From NCBI RefSeq assembly GCF_036321535.1, contig NC_087436.1, positions 50,098,001 to 50,162,000 of the forward strand: DNA of 64,000 nt, in the 5' to 3' direction. The position numbers were made by a program, and so were the translations under genes. The notes under the pieces were generated by a model. That model was given only the letters and a program-made list of their open reading frames with translations, searched no databases and was not told the DNA's origin. Shown here piece by piece: positions 26,402 to 39,977 of this stretch (positions within the stretch are counted from its first letter, which is position 1; every line of letters starts with the position of its first letter). The stretch is from Camelus dromedarius (Eukaryota).

Positions 26402-27482
26402 ACCTCACCATTTTTCTTCCCTTTGAAACTATACATGAATGACTATAAGCCTTGTCCTTGATAGATACTCAGTTACCTTCTATAAATCCCTCCACTAAAT
26501 TTTATATTTTAATTTTAAAAATTGTATTTATGCATATAATTTAAAATTTTCTATTGCTTATTTTTCATGGTTCCAGTTCTCTGCCAACGTTCTCAATATT
26601 GTCTTATATTTCATTTAATACATAAAGTACATTTATTTTAGCCTTAGACTTTCTCTGTATTTATTATCTGAATGTCCTGTGGATCTGTTCCTACTGTATG
26701 TTTTATTTATTTATTTTAAATTGTGATTATGTTATCTTAAGTTTTTGTATGCCTGATTATTTTTGATTGGGTATCTTCCATTGAATATTTTTAAATGTAA
26801 AAATAATTTCAGCTTTAGTTATTATTTTCCTCCATATGGTATTTGAGTTTCCTTATGGTAAATGGCTAAGGTAGTAAGGATTGAACCATATCAAATGAAT
26901 AAAGTCTAAGGACATAATAATAACAAAAATACTTTCTCTGGTCAGCACTGAAGGTTTCTAGGGCACCAAAGCATCATTCTAAAATTGATCAGTAAGAAAT
27001 ATATATATATATTTATCATTATTTTGTACATAAACTGTAATAAAAGCTAATCAAACAGTTTATTAAATGTTTTTAAAAAGAGAATTGTAGCTAACAAGTA
27101 CTGGCAGAACATAAGAATTGAAAAATTACCATTTGTAGACTCTAATGAAATGATTATTTAAAAATTATTTTGCCAAAATTATTAAGATGAAATGCTGAAG
27201 GGGACATTTACAATAGAAGAAAAGATAAAAATTAATTTGTAAATTTGATTACACTAGGTATGTATCTCATGAACCCATGTTATAGGGAAGTCCACATAAC
27301 CACACTTCAAGATGTACTGCTCCCTCAAATTTATATAATCTAATAAATCTCTAGATATAATTCTAATAAATCTAATAATCTAATAATAATCTAATAAATC
27401 TCATAAATCTAATGAATCTCTAGATATAATTAGTAGTTGAAAGACACTACTGACTAACTTAACAATCAGATAAACATAATAC

Positions 27483-27502
27483 ATATATATATATATGTAT
27501 AC

Positions 27503-27541
<39 letters not shown>

Positions 27542-27546
27542 TATAC
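27483..27546. repeat. (TA)n/(CA)n microsatellite
   Basis: Read directly. Confidence 0.9.
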
Positions 27547-28713
27547 AAGATCAGTGCAAGAAAAACCCCACAACGTAGAGGGATATTATGAAATTCAAAA
27601 TATTAAAAACGTAAGAACAGAGAAAGTGTGGTAATTTTACCTTAATACATAAGTAAGTGGTTCCTATCTGATAAGTGGTTTTTATCTAGGAGTTATAGGT
27701 GTGATTCATTTGTATAATTTGGTTAGTGATATATTCTCACAAGAGGTAGGATATTTCTGTAAATTCAGCCATAATATCTAACATAAACTTTTTTCTGCAC
27801 AGAGTTTTATGAATATATCTGATTGATTTGAAATTTTCAATTACTCCTAAAATTTTAGTTTCTAATTTCTTTGTCCCTTCTTTACCAGTCCTAATATCTT
27901 CATAAACATGTAAATTATTTGTAAATAATGCTTACATGCAGCAATTGCTGATATTAAAAGCTTAATGAGTTATATTTTTTAACTCAGTAGTTCCCTGTAA
28001 GTTAGTATAAGTAAGTGTTATATTTCTTCTTGTGAGTTTACATTGGAATGTAAACTCCAAAGCAAGGCACACTGAAATTTTTAAAGTTCTTTTTATCCTC
28101 AATGGAAATACACTGATGTTACACACTTCAAAAGCAGAAAAGTTCAATGGAGAGAATTTTATATTGATAGATCGAGAATAAAGGGCCAAAAAAAATCTCC
28201 TACAGCATCTCTGAAATCACCTGAGATTTCCTTGAAATTTTATTTCACTGAGTTGAAATTTAGGGAAATGTTTAGGTGCTTCTTCACTTCATTCCTGCCA
28301 GTAACCCTTTAAACACCCTAAGTTATTTTTGCATATAACCATCCATTTATGAGAAACGTGTATTTTTAGATGCCCATTCCAAGGCAAGAGACTACACTAT
28401 TTGTGACAGGAAATACTAGTTTTTATGGCCTTAGGCCTAAAAGGAATTAGTGTATTCTAAATTTAGTAAATCAGATGAGGCTAAAATAAATATTACACAT
28501 CACTTGTCTATTTATGTATTCATTCTAAAAGGAAAGTTTTCTTGGTAAAATATTTGTGAAGTAACTGTGTTAGCTGGATGGAGGATTTTTATCTGTGTAT
28601 TCATTTAATTGTTTGCCTAACTATAATAGAAACGAGAGAACTAGGGACGGGTGAAAATGAGGGGGGAAGGTTGGGGTCTTCAATTTTGCACTAACCTTTA
28701 AGTAATAGCTCAC

Positions 28714-28761
28714 CATTTTTTCCTTAAAGCCATCAGAGGACAAAAGAATATTACTCATTCT
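28714..28761 (-). other. Candidate 48-nt exon
   Basis: Acceptor ggctttattttttttcctag, donor ATG|gtgagc. Phase 0 is open (RMSNILLSSDGFKEKM). Confidence 0.4.
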
Positions 28762-29526
28762 CTAGGAAAAAAAATAAAGCCTCATGAATCATTGAAGACA
28801 AAACTGGAGGGGTGGAGTTTTCTGAAAAGATCATTTTCAATAGACTAACCATGAGAAAAATTCTTGCCAAGCTTGTACATGGCAACTTCCTGTGTTCAGG
28901 CGAACTCAACAAGTAAGACATACAGAATGGTATGTGCACACCCATCACTGGTCAGAGTGCATGAGGGCTGAGCATGGCCTTCACGCCTTCATGTGATTGA
29001 CAGCATCAGAAGGCACAGCTACCGTCCTTAGATTCTCTGCACTGTGAGCTGCAATGCAAAAGCATCTCTGAATATAGTTCCTTGCTGCTTCGAGGCTTAG
29101 ACCCTTCTGATTTGTATCTTAATTTAGAGTGTGCTTTTTGTCATAGGCACTGGTCCATGATTATGGAGGCTACACAAGAAAAATGCCTTTGAACATGCCA
29201 AGGTTTGGCACTTAACTAGAGGTGGCTGGGAAGACAAATAAAAATTCTGTTTTTTTTCACTCTTGAATCTTCATCTTGAGGCTCTGCGGAAACAACGCAT
29301 GGTCTTTCTGGAAAATGAATGCAAACTTCTATCTTCTTCTTTCAATTAGTCAACCAGGATTTATGAAATTGATATTCATAATAAATGACCATTGTATATT
29401 GGTTCAAAAGTTATAAGGTATGTTCACACTTCTTTGTTATCTTTCTCTCAGTTCTACAGTGTAGATGTGGGATAAATAATTATGATCCTCATTTTTTAAC
29501 AAAGGAGCAATTTCAGACTAAAGGAA

Positions 29527-29596
29527 ATTTTTTTTTTTAATTTTGGGGTTTTTTTGTGGGGGGTGGGGAGGTAATTACATTCATTTATTTACTTAA
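29527..29596 (-). mobile_element. Headless 3' tail of a vic-1-type SINE
   Basis: ggggaggtaattacattcatttatttacttaa matches the tail of the SINE at about 14278-14313; poly-T on the left. Confidence 0.65.
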
Positions 29597-29781
29597 CCAG
29601 TCAAACAGCTGATCTGGGCTTCGTTGTAGCTGTCATCACAAAATATTTCACAATCTAGCATAATCAGGTGGGGAATAGTGAGACAAAATGACTTTATGCC
29701 TACTAACAGATTTTTGTTTTTACCACTTGTAATCCAAGTATCAGACGCTGCTTGAAAGGAATATAATAAGAACAGCAATAA

Positions 29782-29860
29782 GCATGACTGGGACATTGTG
29801 CTGTACACCAGAAACTGACACTTTGTGATTGGTACTTCAATAAAAATTTTTTTTAAAAAT
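29782..29860 (+). mobile_element. Extremely 5'-truncated L1 (last ~65 nt plus tail)
   Basis: gcatgactgggacattgtgctgtacaccagaaactgacac...acttcaataaaa is the reverse complement of the 10736-10803 terminus. Confidence 0.85.
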
Positions 29861-29879
29861 AACAATAATAAAATTAATA

Positions 29880-30010
29880 ACTAATTTTATTGAATTTTTA
29901 TTATGTTCCAGGCATTATACTAATCACTCTGCATGTCTCATTTCACTCAAGACTTGCAACAATCCCATAAGAGAGGAGCTATTATTATCACTATTTTAGA
30001 GATGAGAAAA
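29880..30010 (-). mobile_element. MIR SINE
   Basis: ttatgttccaggcattatactaa...caacaatcccataag...ttttagagatgagaaaac. Confidence 0.7.
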
Positions 30011-31284
30011 CATCCAAAACCTGTGTGGCTAAATACAAACAGTGATAACTCAGTCAAAAAGTGATCGAAAAGTCGATCTCTTAATGGAAAAAAATTAAAA
30101 ATACCTTAGCCAAATTATTCTGTTTACATTCTCCTTTTATGTATTTCCAGGACTGTTAATTGTGTAAAAATATTTAATTCTGAAACAATTCTTTCAATAA
30201 ATACAAAATACAAGTTCTAAATAAGACAAACATACTGTGTTGCAGATTAATGGCAATGCCTTTCTTTTCTAAAGGTATATAAAAATACTGGTGCATTTTA
30301 TATTAGACAAAATGTGGTACTTGTAATCTACTAAACTTCTAGTATTTTAACACCAGCAAAGAAAATAAAAGATTCAGAAGAAAAATAAACTTTATCTCAT
30401 ATTCCATAGCTTATGATCTCCGAATATAATTGGGAGGTGAGCAAGTTAAATTCTGTAATTCTGTAAGTTCTAACATTTTAATCCTCATGGAACTTCAGTC
30501 TATAAATAAAGGAGTTGATAGAAGAAAGCAGAAATGCGTGTTTTGTTGACAGAGGTAACCATCTGGCTGTTGCTTCCAACAAAAGAATATGAAACACCGT
30601 GAGTGCATGGGGTAGAAGGAGTTAGGTTTGGAGCACTGGACTCGAAGATCAGGCCACATGTTTCACCTAAATGAACATGAAATCCCAGAGAGTCACCAGA
30701 GAGTCACACCATTCTGCTCCAATATTCCTCCTTTGCAGCTTGTAAATAAATGTATTTTCACATGTAAAATATTATTTAATTTATGAGTTTATGGTGTCTG
30801 ATGCTCTTATCAAAAAAAAAAAATCTACCTGCAAGTAGAACATTTTTATCTCTACATTCTCAAGACCTAGAATAACATTGGACTTACAGAAATGACTTAA
30901 TAAATATTTGTGGATTTGAACTACATACTGCTGTTGTTCTCATTGACCTGGTTACTGACCACCATCCAAAAATACAGATTTGCTGCTTCTCAACCACGGG
31001 CACAATCTCAAAAGTCTCACATCTTAGGCAGCACTGCAAGGGCTCCCAGGTGGCCAGATTCAGTTTAGAGTCATGATGATCCCTACCAAACTGGGGAGAC
31101 CTTGGGCAATAATGTACTGCCTAAACCTCAATTTAATCTCTATAAGTAGAGGTAATACATACCCCAGAAGAATACTTAAATCATTTGACTAAATAACACA
31201 TACAAAACATTTAGCACACTATCCAATGAGTGGCAAGTATTCTGAAAGTTCTAGATATTTGTATTAATATTATTGTTATTATCA

Positions 31285-31690
31285 TCAGTCAAGGCTCCAA
31301 GAGAAAACAAATTCAAATCAAGTGGTTCAAAGAAAGAGAAAATCATGAAGGACAATTTACAGAGATCTGGGCATGATTCAGGAAGCCAGCAGGAGCTGCT
31401 GAGCAAGCAGAGATTAGAAATGATAGAGAAATGTCGCCTTTAGTCCTGAAGGGGCAGAGGGAGGAAATGTGATCCTGGAACGCAGTGAGGGCTCGAGTCT
31501 GGGAAAATGGCAGGAGCTGTAGTCAGGAAAGCATGCAGGTACTGCCGGAAGTGAGGCTTTAAAGTGGGAAAGGAGCAAGTAAGAAAGTCACAGGTCTTTC
31601 TCCTTCTATCCTCCCATTTCTCGCCATCTCTTCCCATTAATTGAAAGCAACTGGGTGATACAACTAAAAGGGTAGCCCTCTGGAAATTAA
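31285..31690 (-). mobile_element. Old ERVL LTR (LTR33-like)
   Basis: cagtcaaggctccaagagaaaac...atttacagagatctgggca...cctcccatttctcgcc...cccattaattgaa. Subfamily uncertain. Confidence 0.5.
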
Positions 31691-33296
31691 GTGGGACAGA
31701 AAAAAGATTAATTTGAAAGAATAGAAGTGGTAAATTAGTACACTGTCCACACCCACATTGGGATACAATAAAAAACTCTTTAACCTGCAAACCATTCTCC
31801 CCCATGGCCCACCAGCTCCCATATAAATTTGCATGGTTTTCATGGGGATAAATTAATGCTTTTTCTCATTACTACAAAGAAGAAGCCATTGGATTGAATC
31901 TGAAAGACCTGAATATATTAGGAGGATGCATTTTAAAGATGGAATTGGGAAATAAAGCTATTGACAACCAGTCTTCGATACGGCCTCCCTTGTGTCTTGG
32001 GGAAAAGGTCTTGATGGTCTCCTGAGGAAAAATTAAATGACAAATTCAGTGAGGCCAGACTCCAAGGAAAAGAAGAGCTCCGTTTATGCTCAGAAATCAT
32101 ATAACATTTCAAACCATGGTGGAGCAGTCCATGCTGAGTTGATAATGAAAGGTATTTAAGATACTTCGACCTCAGTTAATAGCAGATATAAGAGAAAAGG
32201 CATTAAGAACAGAACTTAGGGAGGGCTACAGATAATTTCTCCGTCGTCCGTTTCTCTTTGCTGTTTTCTGGGTTGTTTCCTTCCCTCCCTCCCCCTTCCC
32301 TCACTTCGTCTACCACTTCCTTCTCTCTCTTCTGGAACTAGAGTCCTTAGAGCACAGTCTCCCAGATAGGGGAGAATCCCTGATTTAGGGAACATTATTT
32401 AGAGATTGCTAGTTAGATAAATTTCATGGAAAAATCAGGTTTACCAGTACACAAGTTTAGTTTGAAGCTGCCAGTGCTGTAACTTAAAAAGCTTCCTTGT
32501 CCTCCATAAAATTATAGGACTTCCTTCAAAAAGTCATCCTTTTTCCAAAGAGAAATGAATCACCAGTCAAATAGGTGACTGGTGTCTGTAAATGGAGAGA
32601 ACTACACAAAGATCCTGACCCCTTTTCCTCTGGAATCTTTGCATTATAAAGCCATCAGAGGTTCTGCACATAGCAGCATAGCCCCAGCAAAGTGTGATTG
32701 GCAGCTTTAGTCGGTAAGAAGCTGTCAATTAGAAATCAGGCAAAGTAATATGCTTCAGGGCCTGAGACTGGGCAGGTACCCAGATATCTCATTAAGATAT
32801 TAAAATTATCAGAGCTCTAAAGAAAAGGGACACATGTAATTAGGATGTAGAAATATTTTAATGTTGAAATTACTATTACACATATCCTCAGAAAACATAT
32901 AATTTTGTGTCTTGCCAGGAAGAGGGGGATAAAATAAAGTTGCTCTATTTTTTCACTTCACCCATGGATGATTTTGCATTACCAATGTATTTATTCTAAT
33001 AGTTGTCAATCTGATCTCCTTCTAGGCTACTATATACTTCTTGCTTGGAATTCTATTAATGAGAACAAAACAGTCGGTAAAAAATCACTGACAGCATTCT
33101 ATGAGACAAAGAACGTGGTGATCGATTATCTGGACATATCCATATCAATACTTTAATAGGAAAAACAGCATTTCATCATATACGATTTTCTATTGTTCTT
33201 CATCGGTGACTTTCTCCAACATATGCTGCTTCTCATTTTCACTTTTGGAAGACAGAGCATATAATAATACCAGCCTTTTAGGAAGTTAAGAAGTAA

Positions 33297-33880
33297 TCAC
33301 AGATGAATGGATTTTTTTTAAAAAAAGTGGTATATACATACAATGAAATAGTATCCAGCCTTTAAAAAGAAGGAAATCCTGCCATTTTGATGACATAGAC
33401 GAACCTGGAAGACCTCAGGCTAAGTGAAATAAGCCCTCACAGAAGGACAAATACCAAATGATCCCAATCTAGGGAGTATCTAAAATAGTCAGATTTACAG
33501 AAGCAAAGAGTAGAATGGTGGTTCCCAGGGACTAAGGGAAGGAGAGAGAAATGAGGAGCTTTTGTTCAATGGCTGTAACATTTCAGTTGTGCAAGATGAA
33601 TAAATTCTAGATCTGTCATACAGTACTGTGTCTAGAGTTAACTATACTGTACAGTGCACTTAAAAATTTGTTCAGAGGAAGATCTCATGTTAAGCATTTC
33701 TACCACAAAAAAACAAAACCAAACAAAATAAAAACCAAAGGAATACAAAAAAATCACCTTGATTGTGATGATTTTATGTTGTTGGCATAAGTAAGTCCAA
33801 GCTGATCACATTGTACACGTTAAATGTGTGCAGGGTTTTTTGTATATCAGTTATATCTTAATAATACTGTTTAAAAAAAG
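33297..33880 (+). mobile_element. L1MA9/L1MB-like 3' end
   Basis: aaaaagaaggaaatcctgcca, gctaagtgaaataagcc, gagtagaatggtggttcccaggg, gatctcatgttaagc...accacaaaa. Confidence 0.88.
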
Positions 33881-34620
33881 ACATATATTTAAAAAGAATT
33901 AATCAAAATGCTAATAGTCAAAAATCACATGGTGATTCCTTCTTTCTATAACTATGTGTGTCATATAGTACACGATGTGGTGGTCAGCCAAGCCTGTGCC
34001 CAAACATGGATATAACTGATTGAGTCATGAACGATTATTCTGGGATTCTGAGTAATAATCTATGTGCAATATATTCATAGGCAGAGAAAGTAACACTTGA
34101 TTAATACTTCTCTTAGTAAGAGATTGTATATTGAATGTTTCAAATTCACATTAATGTAAAAGCTTAACTTCTTTCCAGGTGTCTATATGGAGCAGAAGAG
34201 AACTCTTGAGGCTTCATCTATCTAAATCACTAATAGTATCAATAACCTATAATAATAGTAATAAATGACCTCAAATAATCTTCCTACAGCAACAACTGTA
34301 TTTCATTTTCAATAATTTTATCTTTATAACCCCAAATATAACTCATATATATTTATATGAGTGTGTGTATATATATATATATAGTATATAGCTTATAAAC
34401 CTATAAGTCGCCTCAATCAATAAGGAAACAATAAAACAAATAAATATATTACTTAACATTTCCAAGCCACATGTAAAAGACAGCTGATGGACACCACACT
34501 CACTTTTAGCAAACGTCTCTTGGGCTCATGGACTGCTATAACCACTGATGACATATCAAACAGGTGCAGAAACATGTTCACAGCCCTAACTAATGTGTAC
34601 TACAACTATGTTCTTTTTAC

Positions 34621-34730
34621 CTGTTGATTCGTTTTCTACAAAAGGTGCCTTTCTTTCTTTCTTCATACAGCTAGCCAAAAGGTTTGTAACTCCAGTGACA
34701 ACTGTGTTAAAGAAGGAAAAATCAGAGAGC
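34621..34730 (-). CDS. Candidate 110-nt internal exon of an unidentified gene (coding status uncertain)
   Basis: Acceptor gcacttttttttcag, donor CAG|gtaaaa. Single open frame (phase 2 to 1): LSDFSFFNTVVTGVTNLLASCMKKERKAPFVENEST, in frame with the 54650-54788 exon. It could instead be 5'UTR with a start at MKKERK, or a lncRNA exon. Confidence 0.4.
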
Positions 34731-36539
34731 CTGAAAAAAAAGTGCAAATACACATGCAAACACGTGCACAGAATGCGTATGGCAAGACCAGGAATGGTTA
34801 CTGAACACCTAATTAGAGCGATGCCGCTCCACTACCATCCTGTTCATTTGGGCATGTTACACTCGTATTTACCCACTGTTTTTACAGGCAGTTAGCTGAG
34901 AAGTTAACCGGGTAAAACCTCAAGACTGGAAGTAGTATTTTCTGAACACATTTCTCAAAGCAAAGATTGTGACCATCTAAAAAGAAATTTAAGAAATAAT
35001 CACTAAAGAAATACACATTGAGATTTAACTTTATGCATGCTGCTAGGGTCCTAAAAGTCTTCATGTATTTTCTAAATATTTATGTATTTAGTGCTCTTTA
35101 AAACACCAATAAGATATTTATGAAACTTAGTTATTGAAAAGAGGACATACTATGTGTTTTTGGGTTGGTGGGGGTGGCGGTGAGGGAATCAATTTGTGGT
35201 TGTAATCATTGCCTTTGGAAAATGACCACCATGACTAGTAGTAATTGCTTTCCTGAGCTTATTAGTTTTAATTTTGAAGTCTTTTGAATTCAAGTGTTTC
35301 TTTCTGACTGCCCTCCTGTTCGCTACTACTGAAACCACCCAGGAGTCTTTCTTTTAATTAATTAGGGTGTAATTAAACAGCAGGTACCCACACAGAAGCT
35401 GGAGAGTCAGTTCCATCTGTTCTGCAGGGTCTCGGGGTGGTGACAAGAGAGTTCCCCCACGAATTTTACCTTAAGCAGTTTTTGTATTTTAATTTCCAGC
35501 AATCGCTTTTATAAATTGCTCTTAGGATTTCACTTGATAATTTAACACTTCAAAATTGGAGCCCCTCCAGCATTTACCCTGAAAACATACAAAAAAGGAT
35601 TGTGAAGGGGAGGAAAGTGTTTTATAAAATTCACATTGGCAAACACAATTAAAAGAATATATCATTCACCTTATTAATGTAAAACAGTGGGCAGACACCA
35701 TTTCATGAAAGCAATCAATTTTAATTTGAAGATCCAGGGGATTCACAGATACAGAGAAGATTGACAGTATTCCAGAATGTAGAGGGTGGGACGAGCTTTA
35801 GGGGAGGCATATATTACTATCTTATTTTTAGCCTGGAAGAGTCCCTGAACTTTTGAAACCAGAAATGTAATTTTTGCTAAGAGAAAATTTCTGGAAACAA
35901 GAAGTAAAAAACAGTAACACTTGGATCTCAGATAACAGGACACCAATATCACTTGTTAATGTACATTCTGCTGTTTATGAATCTCTTATTTCTTCTGCAA
36001 ACCTGAAAGTTTTGTGAGGAAAAGATATCTGAGTCATTTCTTTATCCCCAGAGAAGATACTGGGGGTTTAGTTGCTAGTTGCTGAATGGCAATAATTCAA
36101 TCAGCTTTTGATTTCTTGCCTATTGTATAAAGCCTACCTTGCTCCTTGACCACAGTATGTTCAGATCTGGAGGGGGCGAGTGCTTTGAATGGTCATCAGG
36201 GTGACAGGTTGGTCCTCTTTAAAAATAAAACAGATGTATTCCAGTTATGTTTTCAGGATGCTTACCCCTGAAATAGAAAGGTTTTGATGACTATCATGCA
36301 GTGTAGGATGTTAAGGGGGACAAAAAAATAAAAAAGGAAATCCATAAGGTCTGAGTTTGTAATAGATGCTAATTTTGTCTGGATATTAGAAAACCAATTA
36401 ATTTGCCTACAAGAGTAAACCAATGCCACACTTTAAATAAGATTAAGGACCAAGACACATATTATCAATTATAATTTAATTATTAAACTAAACTATCATT
36501 CATTGATTCAATGAAAATGCATTAACTTTATGTGGTGGA

Positions 36540-36900
36540 TAATCACAAACTTATCCCTGCACACATGGAGTTTACAGACCTTTATTAAAACTGACAAAAG
36601 ATTCTGGGGACAAGGAAATTGGAAAAGAGGTAAGCAGCCAGAGATCCTGTAGTAGAGGCCTTTTACCAAGTCAAGGAAATGACCCCTGAATTGAGTTGAG
36701 AACAGTGAGTCAGACTTGGCCAGGTGGAAAAGGAAAGGAGGAGTATCTGAGCGTAGGGTACAGCATATGCAGAAACGGTTTGTAGGTTGCCATGAAACAA
36801 CAAGAAAGCCACTGCAGTAGTCCAATGAGAAGCAACGGCAGTTTTGGCTAGAATGGCGGTGGTGGTAGGGATGGAATGATGTAAACAAACTACAGACATA
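36540..36900 (-). mobile_element. L2 fragment
   Basis: ggaaatgacccctgaattgagttgagaacagtgagtcagacttggccaggtggaa...gcagtagtccaatgagaag is antisense L2. Confidence 0.65.
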
Positions 36901-37424
36901 CATTCCAGTATTTTTACATGATATTGTGATGCTTTGTACATTATTCTGAGTTTCACCGGCTTTAAATATAAACACAAAACATGACTTGTGGAGGACAGAT
37001 AAAGTGGATGTGAATAAGATTTCACATGGCACATATGGAAGAATGATTTCTGTCACATAAGGTTTCCTTGCCATTAAAAGTCAAAATGCTATAGATTTAA
37101 TGCAAAGGAAAGATTAGAAATTTCTATGCTGTCAGCAAGTGAGCAGGATAAGCTTTATAACAATCAAAGAGACGCCAATGAAGTTATTGAGGCCAATATA
37201 GTTAATATGTGTGTGTGAGCAGTGATAATATAACAATCTGATTAAATGAATACATTTAATAATGGAAACCTTAACACAAACCTTATAGCAACAACATCCG
37301 TATGCACCTAAAGCTGCAAATGAAATACAATTTGTCCGAATTAAAGTGCAATAGAAATGACTGATGATTCGATCTAGTCCAAATATTAACAACTATAGGA
37401 CATGACATTGTACATTATAGATGC

Positions 37425-37440
37425 AGGTCATTAAAGGTCA
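37425..37440 (+). promoter_or_regulatory. Perfect DR4 nuclear-receptor element AGGTCA-ttaa-AGGTCA
   Basis: Exact motif seen. DR4 is the canonical TR/RXR and LXR/RXR spacing. Function untested. Confidence 0.4.
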
Positions 37441-39129
37441 TTAACACTATTCACTTGAGATAGAAATAAAACAGAAAGTTCATCAGGAAATTTAAAAGCA
37501 ATATAATACAAAATTTAGACAAGAAAAAATGATTTCAATTATTCTTAACCATATTTTACCAGTAACATTATGTAGAATAAAATGACATTCTATTTCCAAA
37601 AGCAAGCATCCTATAGATGCAGAAAATGCATGATAGTAAATCACACAATAAACCATGTGTGTGTGTCTGTGTATGTGTGTGTCTGTGTGTGTCTGTGTGT
37701 GTGGTACCATGGTACTGTAATGTCTATATGGTACTGAATGATGCAGTTATACTACTAAAATAATTACAGAAATAATTAGGCTTCAAATAGCATGTAAATA
37801 GTTATGCAGCTATTATTAAGGCCATAATATACATGGGATGGCAAAATTATTGAAATTCATCTGCTAGAATTAATTTTGGAACAAAGACATGATAAAAGAG
37901 GAACACCTTGACCAATTGTCCAGTTGTTACATGGTATGTAATTTAAATACAATAGAGGATGCTTGTAGTTTTAGTCCACCATTCTCTAGCCCTCTTTCTG
38001 CTTTTCAGAGGCCAACACTTGCAACTCTCAGTCTTCACTGTGATGTTTTTATCCCTTTTTAGACTGATACATTTGTACTACTATTTATTGACTCACCAAC
38101 TCATCTCCTATTAAAGTAGAGAAGAATTTAGCTCTTTGACAACATTGTCTCCCTTCACTTTCTCTCTATACTGTCACCTATTCATAATATTTAATTAATT
38201 CAGACAGATTTTATATTGTTATGATTATGCAAATGTCACTCATCATTAAATCCAGTGGTTTTGTGTTACATTCCATTTGTGAACATATATGGTGAACATA
38301 ACTCCCAGAAGCTATGTCTCATGTACTTGTTTGTATGTGTTGATTGCTCTTCTCTTCTCATCTACTCCAGTTAATTTTTAAAATATCTGTTTTCAAATAT
38401 GAAACATTTCCACATGCCTCAACTCCTTTATCAGCTCTACAGGCTTTATCACTTATCTATCAGAAACATCTTCCTTATGCATGTCAGATTTTAAATGAGA
38501 ACTTTACGCTTTTGCATGAATCAGTTCCACTCCCCCACTAAATATCTTTTTTTTTTCCCCAGAATACTGCTTATTCCTATTCCAACCTGAATTCTATACT
38601 GTCCCAAAGTCATCAATCTAGTAATTCCCTTACACACTTTCATGGCTTGGGTATCTGTTTCTTGGGTTCCTAAGTTCCCTTGCCTTAATGGAGTACACTT
38701 CAAAGTGCACATTTTTAACTTTCTTTGTTCTACTTCACAATTAATAATAAGATCGTCTGGGTATGGCATTCAAGAATTTAAAACAATTTTATTGCATAGT
38801 ATGTACATATTGCTTTACTGTCTTCTAGTGAAGCTAAGGATTCATTTTCGATTCCGGAGTCTTTGCCTGAGACAAGTGTTGCTCTTATTTGGGGGTCTTT
38901 TATTTTATCCCTAATGTTAAAAAGTTCACAGTGATGGGATTTAACATTTGTTTTACCTTTTGTAGAAGGGGACACGTTCTATATGAAGACTCGTGTTTTA
39001 AGTTCCAGAAGTGTTATTTTATTGTTTCTATGATAATTTCCTGTCTCTCAGTTTCTTCAAAGATATGTGAGACTCCCCACCCTGAGTTGATATTCTAATA
39101 TACTTATATATTTTGGCTTTTTTCTGCTC

Positions 39130-39220
39130 TTTTTTTCTTTCAATTTTACTGAGATATACTTGACTTACAGCCCTGTAGAAGTTTAAGGTGTATAGCACAG
39201 TGACGAGATATATATTGTGA
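39130..39220 (-). mobile_element. Short L1 3'-end fragment within older L1M sequence
   Basis: ttttactgagatatacttgacttacagccctgtagaagtttaaggtgtatagcacagtga. Confidence 0.7.
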
Positions 39221-39977
39221 ACTCCAATTTTGTTTTGTTTTATTTTCAGAGTTGTCTGTTCAGTTGATTCTTGCAAATTTTCTATCGGTCTTTTAAAATT
39301 TGGGATATCATCTCTTTAATTTCCAAAATGTACAAATCCAAATTTTCCTCAGCATCCTGAATTTTTATTTGCTACATCTAGCAACCTTAGTGATAAGTAC
39401 ATTTGGCATCATATCCTAGTACACACAGACATATAAAATTGTAAGCGAAAACTAAACAGTCACAAAACAATGTATCTATCATCTTCCCATGCATTATGAC
39501 ACTTTATGCCCCCCCTTTTTTAATGTTAATTTAAATAAATGATTTCATTACTTATCACTGGGTTGATCAGAGTTTGGTGTGTTTGGGGGAGGCGAGGAAA
39601 TGCATTGCTATAACATGAGAAAGTAGTGAGCAGTTTTTTCATGGAGGCAACTTCAATTATCAGTATCTGTAGGTTTTTCTCTGAGGTTAGTCAGTTACTA
39701 GAGAGAATTCTCCAAATCCTTCACTGGCAAATACATATCTGTGCGTCGGCCTTCTCATGCTTCATGCTAGAGAGAAACCAAGATTCTTCTGGTTAGTGTG
39801 TCGTATTTCACATAGACCCTCCATCTTAGTCCTTCAACTTATCACTAGCAATGCTGTGCCTGTTGAGCCCTAACCTGGACCACTTCGAGTTCAGGTTTTC
39901 CGGAGAATTAACCTGAGGATGCAGGCATTTTCTTAATTACACAGAGTAAAGGAGGTTTGTCAATTGCACGTCTAGAG

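Noticed and set aside
28766..28912. Plus-strand exon-like segment with accATG (MRKILAKLVHGNFLCSGELN) and CAA|gtaaga donor
   Set aside because: No partner exons found on the plus strand, and the frame is closed upstream. Consistent with a pseudoexon.
32561..32584. 9-bp stem hairpin caccagtca/tgactggtg (a similar one lies near 54277-54299)
   Set aside because: Short stems of this size are expected by chance.
36508..37074. 188-aa and 123-aa minus-strand ORFs
   Set aside because: They overlap a decayed L2 and show no recognisable domain or exon boundaries.
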